A stretch of DNA of 49,607 nucleotides. Origin: Basidiobolus meristosporus CBS 931.73. Taxonomy: Eukaryota; Fungi; Basidiobolomycota. Under the pieces are notes generated by a model that was not told where the DNA came from, did not search any database, and was given only the letters and a program-made list of their open reading frames with translations. Positions 25,300-36,635 of this stretch are shown here, in pieces (position 1 is the first letter of the stretch; each line of letters opens with the position of its first letter). The position numbers and the translations under genes were made by a program. The stretch lies in assembly GCA_002104905.1 (NCBI GenBank), contig MCFE01000653.1, positions 1 to 49,607 of the forward strand, given 5' to 3'.

Positions 25300-28200
25300 A
25301 TAGTTAAGTTAGGTAGATATTTAGGTGGAATTACAAGTTTTGACAACACCCCTGCTCAACTATATGCTCATACTGGCTAGTCCTAACTATGACTCAAGAT
25401 ATTAAAGTTTGTCTCTAGCTGATGGTTTGATAAGTTTGTTTATAATCATTTCATCTGTAGGACAGTAAACTAAGTTAACTAAGATATTCTTAGTAGCTTT
25501 GTATATGAAATGATTTCCAATATTTATGTGCATAGTTCTAGCCTGAAATGTTATATTTCTGCATAATTGTGTACATCCTTGATTATATTGATAATAATTG
25601 ATGGGCACTTTTTGCCTTGAGCCTTAGTCTTTAAGAAGCTTTCCTAACCACATTGCTTCTTTTGTAACTTCACAGGCTATCACATATTCTGCCTTTGTGG
25701 TGAAAAGTGCTACAATTGGTTGCTTTCTTGAATACCATGTAACTGCTCCTTTACAGGAGGAAAAGGAGCATCCTACAGTGAATCTTCTGTCTTCTAAATT
25801 TTATCCCCAAACAGCATCAGAGTATCACACAAGGTCCTGGTATGAGATCTTGAAGGTGGACCTTGGGCAGATAGCAGCAGCTTCTTTGTGGTATCTAAAG
25901 ATCTGTTTAACTGCTGCAATAGGATCAGATCCATAGTTCTGCTTGTGCTGGCTAACAACTCCCACTGAATATCTGATTGCTGGACATGATCCAAGAATGA
26001 TATACATCAGACTGCCAACCATTTACTGGTGCTAGAATTTTGGACTTTCAGATGACACCAAGCTCCCTTAATTTGTTTGAGTTTTGACTAAGTTTAGGTT
26101 TGTCTCCATTGGGGTAGCTGTCTACTTACAGTCTTCCATATAGCACTTCTTTGATATATCTTGAGCATACTTGGACTGGCTTGAGATGATTGTCTGGGTG
26201 CTTCAGTCTATGGAGTACATTATACCTAAGTAGTATCAGAGATCTCCTGGATTGCACATCTTGAACTCCTCAGATAGGCTAGGCTCAGTGTCTTCCTAGG
26301 CTTATTGATTATTGGTGGCTACAATAAAATCATCTGCATATTGAGCTTATAGAATGTTTTTTGCTCTATTGGCCTTATAGTGAATAATAAAGTCAGCAGT
26401 ACTCTTCTGGATACTCAATAGTTCCAATTAAGAGCTTATCTTAGAACTCTAGGCTTTTAGTTATTTTTTAAGATCATATAGATATTTTTTAAGTTTGCAG
26501 ACCTAGAAGGGGCTAACTTTGTCAAAAAACCTGTCAGGTTAGTCCATGTACACATCCTCATTAAGTTCTATATACACCATACCTATATTTGGCTGCATTG
26601 ACCAATAATAATCTGATGGGGCTAAACTTGGCTACTGGTGCAATTGTTTTGGTAAACTCTAGTCCCTCTGTTAGTGTTTATACTTTGGCCACAGGTCTCA
26701 CTTTGTATCTTTCAAATGTACCATTAGCCTTATGCTCTAACTAGAAGACCTATCTTGATCCAATTTACATGTGGGAGATTGGTATTTCAACCAAGTCCCA
26801 AGTTGGATTTTCCATCAGGGCCTGATATTCCTCAGTCATTGCAGATGTCCAAAACTTTGGCTGAGAGCTATTTGGGGTCTTTTACAAAACTTTGTCTGAG
26901 GGCTGCTTAGGGCCTCTTTTACAGTCTTGAACTCATGAATATGGACTGAATGTGCAAGGGTTAGGTTGTGCCCTCATTGATAAATTATTTGGGCTATTAC
27001 TAGTCTAAGAGGATCTAGCACCTTGTGATACTACAATGATCATATCTGGATTATTCCTGGGCACTGATTCAGGCTGAGCCACAGATGCAGAGTACTATGG
27101 ATTGAAAAGATATTTGTTGCTTTGCTTTGATCCTATCATAACTGTTGTTGGTCTTGAGACCAGATTTATGTCATCATCTGATATCATTTCTTGTGAAAAT
27201 TTGTGCTCATACCATGCCCAAGGTGTTAAAGAATTGCATAAAATTCTGCTATTAATCGTACTCTTAGATATATAGCTGTAGCAAATGATTCCGCAAGAAT
27301 CATACGGTAATTTTTGATCAAGGAGCATACATCTTGTCATATCAATTTTTGGTTTGTTTGCATGTACTGGCACTCCATATTGCTGAAAGGAGTATGGTAT
27401 AGTACTTTCATACATTATCCCATGACCTATGCAGTAGTGGATGAAGAACTTGGAGGCATTTTTTTTGCCATAGTCAGTGCATATTTTCTTTATTTTTTCA
27501 CAAGAGTTTTTCTCCACCGTGGTTTTTAGCTCCCTTATCTTTGAGAGGTGTTCTTTGTTTCATTCCCTAAAGTAAACCCACATGTATTTGTATAATCATC
27601 AATCAAAGTGTTCAAATACTTCATTCATATATCTATATTTTGCATTGGTCTACAAAGATTTGAGTCAATTAGATCTAATGTTTTCTTACTTTTGATAAGG
27701 CAGAGCTCTTGAGTAGTTGTCTGGCTTGTTTTTGAATATGCAGGCTTCAAAGTACTCCAAACCTGCTGGGGTATCAGCTTTTACTCCAGACACTAGCTGA
27801 TCTTTCATATTTTGCACAAATAATTCAAGTTGATATATCCAAATATCCTATGCCATAACATTGGCATTTCTGCATTTGAGTAACTTATATTGCCTTCCAT
27901 ATAGGATAGAAATAAGTCAACATTTGATGATTTTGATACCTGATACCCCAAGTAATATGGGCACCTTTTCAAATTGTGGTTGTACATCCTGAATTGTCAA
28001 GACTGAAATAAATACTTCTGCTGTAGCCTTACTAACTGTGAGTAGGTTCATGGCTATTTCTGGTACATTAAGTACATCTCTGAATGTAAGTATATGGCTC
28101 CCTTCTCTACTTCTGGGACTCACTTGAATAGTTCCTTCTCCAACTACATTCAGTGCCCTTTTGCCATACATGGAAACCTTGTTATTAGAATTTTTGGAAT

Positions 28201-29768
28201 TGGGTAAAAAGTTCTTTTTGGTATGTTAATGTTTAAGATGCTCACAAGTAAATGCACCATATCTGAGAATTCTTTTTTGGGGTCATAATCAGTACAAGTA
28301 TCAGTAGTCTATCTTCAGTTGTTGCAGCTTATCCATATTTAGGCTTTATTTGCTGCATAACTCTCTTTCTCAGGCACCAGTCTGATATTTGACCTTACCA
28401 TTTGCAGTAGTTGCAAAATAGGTTGCTGTTGCTTTCAGAGGTCCTGGGTACCTCCTTTGATGACAATGTGGTAGGGTATACATACTTCCCACAGACAAGT
28501 TTATTCATATAGTCATTATGATATACTTATCCATATTTTATATTATCAGTATTATCCCATTCTTCTTTTGCCCATATTATCAGTATTATCCCCATATAAT
28601 GTTTACCCTGATTAGTTATTAGCATTGGTTATTCCAGATGTTATTCAGCTTTGTGATCAGTGGATGTATCTATATAAGGCAAGTACCCGCGTCAGTACCT
28701 GTGACACATGACCTAGGTTTGTGTTACCATCCCTACCAATTCAATACCATATATGGTATTTCTATGTTGCACAGGTTTCAGACTACTGATTCCTGATTGG
28801 TTGAGAGTGCTGTGCCTATTAGATCCTTCCAGGACATTCTTGGCATATTTTTAGCTCATAGTGATGTCATCAAGAATTCCACTGATACCTAGAATCTTCT
28901 AGAACCTTGTCATTAGTAATCACTTGGCAATCAGGAAAAGTATTTAAGGGAAAGCAATCCCTCATCAATAAATCATCCCTTCTATTAGTAACACTTCTCC
29001 CATATTGATTAGCAGTTGATCACTGCACCTGCCTTCAACAGTACATCTCAGACCTGCCATCAAGGAGCTTTTCAAGGTAGTGCACAAGACACACAGAGGC
29101 CTTTGGAGACACTTGGTGCACCTAGGAAGCTAGAGAAGCAGGAGCTTTTACCATAGAGACATACTGACAAAGACACCAGCAGTTTAGACCCAGAGGTTAT
29201 TGCACCCATCAGACACCTCACACACCTTGAGTTGTGTAGCTTCTCCCAGGAGTACCTCTACACCACCACAACAATGATTGCTTATTAGAGCATTCCTTTC
29301 TTCCATCTTATTGACACTTGATTTTCTTTATTCTCTCTTAAAGAGCCTTTTATATATGAAATTTAAGGTCAGATCTTCAGTTCTGGACTACAGCAATGAT
29401 ACAAGGCCATTAAGCTTGTCTGTCTTACTATTAAGGAGGGTGACTATCACATCTTCATCATTGGCTAGAATGCCCACAAATTCCATTTCATCAGCCAGCA
29501 GGTCTATTGTGTTAATTAGAATGTCATTTCATCTCCTTGTGGCATCTTTGTTACAAAGAGTTCTTGTCTAAGAAGCATTTTGGTTGCAGCTCAGCATGAC
29601 TGGTAGGTGACTTCTAGTTCCTTCCCAACATTTCATACATTTTTGCTCTTGAGCATTGGATAAGCAATTTGTCTTTAACATCAAGACAAATGCAGTTAGA
29701 GGTACTTTTTCTTTCTTCTGGTACTCTAAGACATCCTCCCTTATGTTCCCAGAAGGGTATTCTCATCT
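25300..29768 (-). mobile_element. Decayed copia family A copy (partial 3' LTR, RH, RT, IN, PR, gag)
   Basis: Colinear reverse complement of 32450-36335 (GSLMY, DADWG, FGYIN and WDL remnants). gag is cut at ~29768 by a family C LTR. Confidence 0.85.
28467..29270 (+). repeat. Family E' solo LTR (804 bp)
   Basis: TGTGGTAG...CACCACCACA with perfect 4-bp TSD ACAA. Central part homologous to 47110-47470. Confidence 0.85.
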
Positions 29769-30559
29769 CATTGGAAATATTTGCTTATTTGGCACTATTC
29801 AACAGCTAAAATATACTCAACAGCTCTGGGCTAGCCCTAGTCACTCCAGGACAAATTCACAGCCCTAGCTTTGCCACTTTCTTTCACATCTATAAACCTA
29901 TAATTACCCCCCTATAGTCAAGGTCAAAACAGCGCTTCTACCTACCATTGTGAACTAACTCAGAAGCTGTTACATAGTGCTCCTGAATGCTAAGAAACTC
30001 TGCTTACTCAGTGCTAGAGTTGTATCACTCTACAAAGGTATAAATACTGAGCTTCATGACAAATTAACAACAGTTCTACTATTATGCTTATTTCTAGATA
30101 AGTTCCATCTATCCAAAACACTTCTTAAATTGCAGCAGGTTATAAGCCCCAATGGCCCTAATATAATCTAAGGATGACTTTTACCATAAACAGAACCTCT
30201 TCCCTGTAAAGGAGAAGTTTTATAGGAAGAACAACAGACTTTGGAGAACCCAAATGTCAATTCATCATGAGGAAAAACAACATTGAAATATAGTGACAGG
30301 AAAGATGTTGAACTCTAAGAAACTGCTGAAGAAGTTGGGAAGTTTCCAGATAAGGTAAGAAAGACCTTTAACTCCATACTTATCAATGTGCAAGATACCA
30401 TCACTGAACAAATTCATGCTTCTAATACTGCCACAGCAGCATAGGAATGCTTAGAAAAGATCTTCAGAGCAAAGTCAGTATCAAGCAAGCTTTATTAAAA
30501 AAAAAGTTCTTCAACATGAGGAAGAAGCCAGAGGATGTAATACTGCAACTCATTGATAG
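29769..30559 (+). mobile_element. Copia family C 5' LTR, PBS and decayed gag start
   Basis: LTR ends TTGCAGCA at 30137; PBS GGTTATAAGCCC at 30138-30149; gag-like remnant cut by a gypsy LTR at 30560. Confidence 0.75.
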
Positions 30560-30863
30560 TGTTATGATTAGCTGCTTGAATCTTCAAGTTAGATATTGTT
30601 TTAGTCAAGCTAAGTAATTTTGTTTTTGTCTATCAGTATATCAGTGTTATCCATCAAATCAGTAGTATCAGTCAGCAAATGAATCAGAGCATATTTATCC
30701 ACCAGGTATAGGCTTATTGAGTAAGAATTGATTGGTTGATGATGATACATTTATATTATTCATAAGCCACAACCCACCTTAGGAAGCACAATAAGTCAGC
30801 AAATAATCTGGCAAAATGTATGTAAGGAGCTGCAGGAACCTCAATGAGAATTAGCTTACATTT
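30560..30863 (+). repeat. Gypsy family B LTR, 3'-truncated
   Basis: Starts TGTTATGAT and is homologous to 30864-31170. Confidence 0.75.
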
Positions 30864-31950
30864 TGTTATGATCTGCTGCTTGAATGTTTTAGTTAGATCA
30901 GTTTTTTTAGTAAAATGAATTAGTTATTTGTTTAGGTTATCAGTATATCAGTAATATCTATCAAATCAGTAACATTAGCCAGCAAATGAAGCAGCAGATC
31001 TTTATCAGACAGAAATAGATATATTAAGTACAATCTTATTGGGTGATAATGATGCAATTGAATGAGTCATCAGCCACAGCCTAAATTAGGAAATACAATT
31101 AGTCAGTAATTGATCTGGCAAAGTGTATATAAGGAGCTGCTGGAAACTCAATGAATATCAGTTCAAGTTTTAGTGAATACAATACTAGCTAAACTCCCTT
31201 TTCCTCTACAACTCTTATACCAAGACTTGTAACACAACAATGCTTTATTCAATTTGGAAAGACCTCATGTCTGGATACAACCAGTTTAGGATGAAACCAG
31301 AAGACATCCTTAAGACAGCATTCAGGACAAGATATGGACATTCAAAGTACTTAGTCACAAGTTTTGGCCTTACCAACACCCCTGCAACATTTATTACCTT
31401 GATGCAAACTGTCTTCTAGGATTGCTTAGACAAGTTTGTGGTAATCTACCTAGATTACATATTGATATAAAGCAAGACAAAAGAGCAACACTTGGTGCGC
31501 ATTGAAAAGGTCTTGAAGAAGCTAAGTGCAAACAAGCTGTACAGCAAGTAAGCAGAATGTGAACTCTTGAAGGTACTTAGTATATACTTGGAAAACATAA
31601 TATCTAGCGCAGGAGTGGCCTTAGACCCACAGAAGGTTGAAGTCATCAAAAATCTGAAGCAGCCCAATAGCATATTGGAACTCCTATCATTCCTTGGAAT
31701 GGCTCCCTATCATAGGAGATTTGTCAAGTCCTTGGCAATGATTGCAGCCCCTTTAACTGATATTCTCAAGAAAGATAACATCATCAAGTGGGACATAGCC
31801 TGTGGGACTGCCTTTCAAATGCTTGAGAATGAACTAGCTCAGCTGCCAAGCTTAAGAATCCCAGACTTCAGAAAAAAATTTACTCTGTGCACAGATGCTT
31901 CAGACCATGCAGTTGGTGGAGTACAGAGCCAAGAACATTAGGGAAAGGAC

Positions 31951-32300
31951 TGTTGTAAAAATTTGTATTTTCCACTTAAATATTCACCTAACTTAGTCAC
32001 TTAGATCATTATCTTCAAATCCTAGAGAATACTGACCAAATTCCTTGTTGGGATTTACTTAGAATATTTTCACCAAAATACCAGGTACCCAGAACATGAA
32101 AATTCTCAAAGTTGTCCAAACAGCCCCAAACTTTGCACACATGTTCTTGGGACCTTCCTTAATCTATTCTACGTGTTTGTAATGCCAAGACCATGTAAAA
32201 GTATAAATACTACTTTTACATTCAATAAATCATTAAGTGAAAACCACATAATCTACTTGTTCTCCAAATCACTTCCAATATCTCCAAGACTCTTACAACA
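31951..32300 (+). repeat. 5' LTR of the young copia
   Basis: TGTTGTAAAA...TTACAACA, with TATAAA and AATAAA motifs. Confidence 0.97.
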
Positions 32301-32312
32301 GGTTATGAGCCC
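32301..32312 (+). promoter_or_regulatory. Primer-binding site complementary to the anticodon stem-loop of initiator tRNA-Met
   Basis: GGTTATGAGCCC immediately after the LTR is the reverse complement of GGGCTCATAACC, the yeast tRNA-iMet loop region used by Ty5. Confidence 0.9.
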
Positions 32313-33081
32313 CAAGCTGTCACTCTCTGCAATGTCTACTACTGCTATTACTGGAATTTTTCCCTCTGCTGAAAAGTTGGATGGATCTAACTATCAAGTG
32401 TGGAAGGTGAAGATGAAGATGCTGCTGCAAGAAAGAGGCCTTTGGGATATTGTCATGGGAGAAGAATGCCCTCCTAAAAACATGGGAGAGGAAGCCTTAA
32501 AGTACCAGAAGAAAGAACAAAGTGCCTTCAACTGCATTTGCCTTAATGTCAAGGACAAATTGCTAATTCAATGCTCAAGAGCAAAAATGGCAAAGAATGC
32601 CTGGAAGGCATTAGAAGACACCTACCAGTCATGTTCAGCTGCCAAGAAAATGTATCTGAGAAGAAAATTCTTTACTACAAAGATGCTGCCAGGAGAAGAA
32701 ATGAAAAATCTAATTAACAGAATTACCCTGCTGGTAGATGAGATGGAATCTGTGGGCGTACCAACTACTGATGAGGATGTGATAGTTACCATTCTGAATA
32801 GCCTGACAGACGAGTTTCAGGGCCTTGTATCAGCCCTAGAGTCCAGAACTGAAGATTTGACCTTAAATTACGTATATGGAAGGCTCCTGGATGAAGAATT
32901 AAGAAGATCAAGCGCCAATAAGAAGGAAGAAGAAAATGCTTTAATAAGCAATGATAACCAACAAAGGAGGTACCCAAGACCCTACAAAGGCAACAGCAAC
33001 CTATTTTGCAACTACTGCAAAAGGAAAGGACACATCAGACCGGTGTTTCAAAAAGAGAGATTATCAGCAAAAGAAGCCTGA
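32305..33081 (+). CDS. gag: Copia Gag (~258 aa; start at 32305 or 32332)
   Basis: KLDGSNYQVWKVKMKMLLQERGLWDIV, AKNAWKALE and LLDEE motifs. Zinc knuckle CNYCKRKGH lacks its last Cys in this frame. Confidence 0.85.
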   Translation: MSPKLSLSAMSTTAITGIFPSAEKLDGSNYQVWKVKMKMLLQERGLWDIVMGEECPPKNMGEEALKYQKKEQSAFNCICLNVKDKLLIQCSRAKMAKNAWKALEDTYQSCSAAKKMYLRRKFFTTKMLPGEEMKNLINRITLLVDEMESVGVPTTDEDVIVTILNSLTDEFQGLVSALESRTEDLTLNYVYGRLLDEELRRSSANKKEEENALISNDNQQRRYPRPYKGNSNLFCNYCKRKGHIRPVFQKERLSAKEA

Positions 33082-36000
33082 ATATGGAAATGCTGCAACA
33101 ACTGAAGATAGACTATTCATATCTGCACTAAATATGACCACAAACAAGGATTCTCAGACGTGGTATATTGACTCTGGAGCTTCTCAACACTTTACACACC
33201 AAAAAGAAGTTTTTACCCAATATCAAGAAATTCCAATTAAGAAGGTTTTCATGGGTGACAATAGAACACTTGATGCAGTGGGAGAAGGAACTATCCAAGT
33301 AAACCTTAGAAGCAGTGAAGGAAGCCATACACTGACCTTTAAAGAAGTACTCTATTTACCAGAAATAGCCAAGAACCTACTCTCTGTAAGCAAGGCCACA
33401 GCAGAAGGACTCAGTTTCAGTTTTGACAATTCTGGATGCAGGATCACTGATCAAAATGGTGCTCATATTGCTTCAGGCATCAGAGATCAGAATCTATACA
33501 AGTTGACTTATATTCCATCATATCTGGAAGCCAATTTAAGTAACTTAAATGAAGAAACACCAATGCTTTGGCACAGGCGATTTGGACACATCAATTTTGA
33601 TTATTTGCGTAAAATGATCAAAGATCAGCTAATTTCTGGAGTGAAAATTGATCCCCCAGCTATTTTGGAGCACTGTGAAGCCTGCATATATGGGAAACAA
33701 GCCAGACAACCGTTCAAGAGCTCTGGGTTAATCAAAACTAAGAAAAAATTAGATCTAATTCACTCAGATCTGTGTTGACCTATGCAAAATTTATCCTTAG
33801 GCGGGATGAAGTATTTAATCACTTTTATTGATGATTATACAAGATACACATGGGTCTACTTCATGGAGAGAAAGGAAGAAGCTCTGTCTAAGCTCAGGGA
33901 GTTTAAAGCCATGGTGGAGAGAGAAACCGGTGAAAAAATCAAGAAAATACGCTCTGACAATGGTGGAGAATATACCTCAAAACTCTTCATCCACTTCTGC
34001 AAGATTCATGGGATAAAGCAAGAGACTACTGTACCATACTCCCCACAGCAAAATGGAGTAGCAGAACAAGCTAACAGATCAATAATTGATATGGCAAGAT
34101 CTATGATCCATGATCAAAAATTATCCTATGATTTTTGGGCGGAATCAGTTGCCACTGCTGTATATCTTAAAAATAGGAGTTATAACAGAATACTTTGTGA
34201 TTCTACTCCATTTGAAGCATGGTATGGATACAGACCAAGTGCAGAACATCTAAGAATATTTGGGTGTACAGCATATGCCAAAAAACTGGCCGGAAATCAG
34301 TCAAAATTTGAGCCAAAAAGTGTAAAATGCATATTTTTGGGCTACTGCAATGAGAGTAAGGCATACAGACTCTACAATACCAAAGCAAAGAAGCTGATCA
34401 AGTCCAGGGATGTGTTGTTTGATGAAAATTCAAAATTTTCACAAAAAATGACATCAGATGGTGACGGAAATTTGATCTCAAGTCCACCAATTGTCAGGAT
34501 TGAATCAGAGCAAAACAATGAAAATTTTTTCACTCCAGAGGACTCTACAGTTGTGGTTCAGCCAGAATCAGTGCCCAGGAATATCCCAGAAGTGATCATT
34601 CCAGTATCAAATGCCCGGAGATCCAATTGGACAAGAAATAGCCCAAATTACTATATCAATGAGGGTACAAACTTAGCCTATGCCTATTCAGTCCATGTTG
34701 ATGAACCCCAGACTGTAAAAGAGGCCTTAAATAGCCCTCAGACAAAGTTTTGGAGATCTGCAATGACTGAGGAATATCAGGCACTGATGGAAAATCAAAC
34801 TTGGGACTTAGTCAAATTACCAATCAACCAAAAATCAATTGGATGCAGATGGGTCTTCAAGACAAAATACAAGGCTGATGGTACAATTGAAAGATACAAA
34901 GCAAGACTTGTAGCCAAAGGATACTCTCAAACAAAAGGACTTGACTATACTGAGACCTTTGCACCGGTAGCCAAGTTTAATTCCATCAGATTAATATTGG
35001 CTATTGCAGCCAAATATAAGTTTTTTATTCATCAAATGGATGTAAAAACTGCATTTTTGAATGGAGAACTTGATGAGGACGTGTATATGGACCAGCCTGA
35101 TGGGTTTGTTGACCAAGATAACCCCCATTTGGTCTGCAAGCTTAAAAAGTCACTATATGGTCTCAAACAATCACCGAGAGCCTGGAATTGCAAGATAGAT
35201 TCTTATTTGGAATCTTTGAGTTTCAAAAGGAGTAATGCTGACTATAGTATATACTATAAGCCAGTTAGAGCAAATCCAGTTCTATTAGCTCTATATGTGG
35301 ATGATCTTATTATAGCCGCCAATAACCTAGAAACATTGGAAGAGACTAAATCCAGCCTATCTAAGGAGTTCAAGATGTCCAATCTAGGAGAACTTAGTTA
35401 CTACTTAGGGATTAAGTTCTCCATAGACAGAAGTACCCAGACTATTACCCTAAGCCAATCCAAGTATATTCAAGATATACTAAAGAAGTACCAAATGGAA
35501 GACTGTAAACAGGCAGCTACCCCAATGGAGACAAACCTTAACTTGGTCAAAACTCAACCAAATCAAGAGAGCTTGGTGCCATCTGAAAGCCCTGACTTTC
35601 CTTATCAATCTATGGCCGGCAGTCTGATGTATATCATGCTTGGAACACGTCCAGATATCTCATATTCAGTGGGAGTTGTCAGCCAACATAATCAGAATTA
35701 TGGATCTGATCATATTGCAGCAGTTAAGCGGATTTTTAGATACCTAAAAGGAACTGCTGATATCGGCTTAAGATACACTTATAAGGATTCAGAACAGGAT
35801 CTTGTGGGATACTCTGATGCTGATTGGGGACGAAATTTAGAAGACAGAAGATCCACCACAGGATACACCTTTCTTTACTGTAAAGGAGCCATTTCATGGA
35901 ATTCAAGAAAGCAACCAACCGTAGCACTTTCTACTACAGAGGCAGAGTATATGGCAGCCTGTGAAGCTACAAAAGAAGCAATGTGGTTAAGAAAGCTCTT

Positions 36001-36274
36001 TACAGATTTAGGCCTATGTCAAAAAACGCCTATTACTTTATTTCAAGATAATCAAGGATGTATACAATTAGGTAGAAATCCAACTTTTCATGCTAGAACC
36101 AAGCACATAGATATTAGACATCATTTCATACGTGAAGCTATAGAGAATAACTTAGTTAGCTTAGTTTACTGTCCTACAGATGAAATGATTGCAGACATAT
36201 TTACCAAACCATTAGCTAGAGACAAGTTTGAATATCTTAGGTCAAAATTAGGACTAGTCAGTATGAACATTTAG
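32951..36274 (+). pseudogene. pol: Copia Pol (PR-IN-RT-RNase H) in the +1 frame relative to gag, one in-frame TGA at 33776-33778
   Basis: WYIDSGASQH; WHRRFGH..CEAC; HSDLC*P, FIDD, RSDNGGEY, PQQNGVAE; QMDVKTAFLNG, YGLKQSPRAW, YVDD; YSDADW, EAEY, KHIDIRHHFIRE. Confidence 0.92.
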
Positions 36275-36276
36275 CT

Positions 36277-36285
36277 GAGTGGGAG
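36277..36285 (+). promoter_or_regulatory. Polypurine tract
   Basis: GAGTGGGAG abutting the 3' LTR. Confidence 0.8.
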
Positions 36286-36635
36286 TGTTGTAAAAATTCG
36301 TATTTTCCACCTAAATATTCACCTAACTTAGTCACTTAGATCATTATCTTCAAATCCTAAAGAATACTGACCAAATTCCTTGTTGGGATTTACTTAGAAT
36401 ATTTTCACCAAAATACCAGGTACCCAGAACATGAAAATTCTCAAAGTTGTCCAAACAGCCCCAAACTTTGCACACATGTTCTTGGGACCTTCCTTAATCT
36501 ATTCTACGTGTTTGTAATGCCAAGACCATGTAAAAGTATAAATACTACTTTTACATTCAATAAATCATTAAGTGAAAACCACATAATCTACTTGTTCTCC
36601 AAATCACTTCCAATATCTCCAAGACTCTTACAACA
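36286..36635 (+). repeat. 3' LTR of the young copia
   Basis: 347/350 identical to the 5' LTR by manual comparison. Confidence 0.97.

Larger units (their letters stand above)
31951..36635 (+). mobile_element. Young, near-intact Ty1/copia LTR retrotransposon (family A, Hemivirus-type priming), 4685 bp
   Basis: Two 350-bp TG...CA LTRs with 3 mismatches; perfect TSD AGGAC (31946-31950 and 36636-36640); PBS, PPT and gag-PR-IN-RT-RH order. Confidence 0.97.

Noticed and set aside
28463-28466. ACAA TSD as further support for RCGC targeting
   Set aside because: Both copies read ACAA with no evidence of an ancestral CG; counted as a counter-example.
32173-32304. ORF-track start of gag at 32173
   Set aside because: It lies inside the 5' LTR upstream of the PBS; the plausible starts are 32305 or 32332.
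33031-33066. A -2 ribosomal slip at CAC ATC, or a 25-nt GT..AG intron, restoring the gag-pol frame
   Set aside because: The tRNA-Ile codon cannot re-pair on ACA, and 25 nt is too short for a normal spliceosomal intron.
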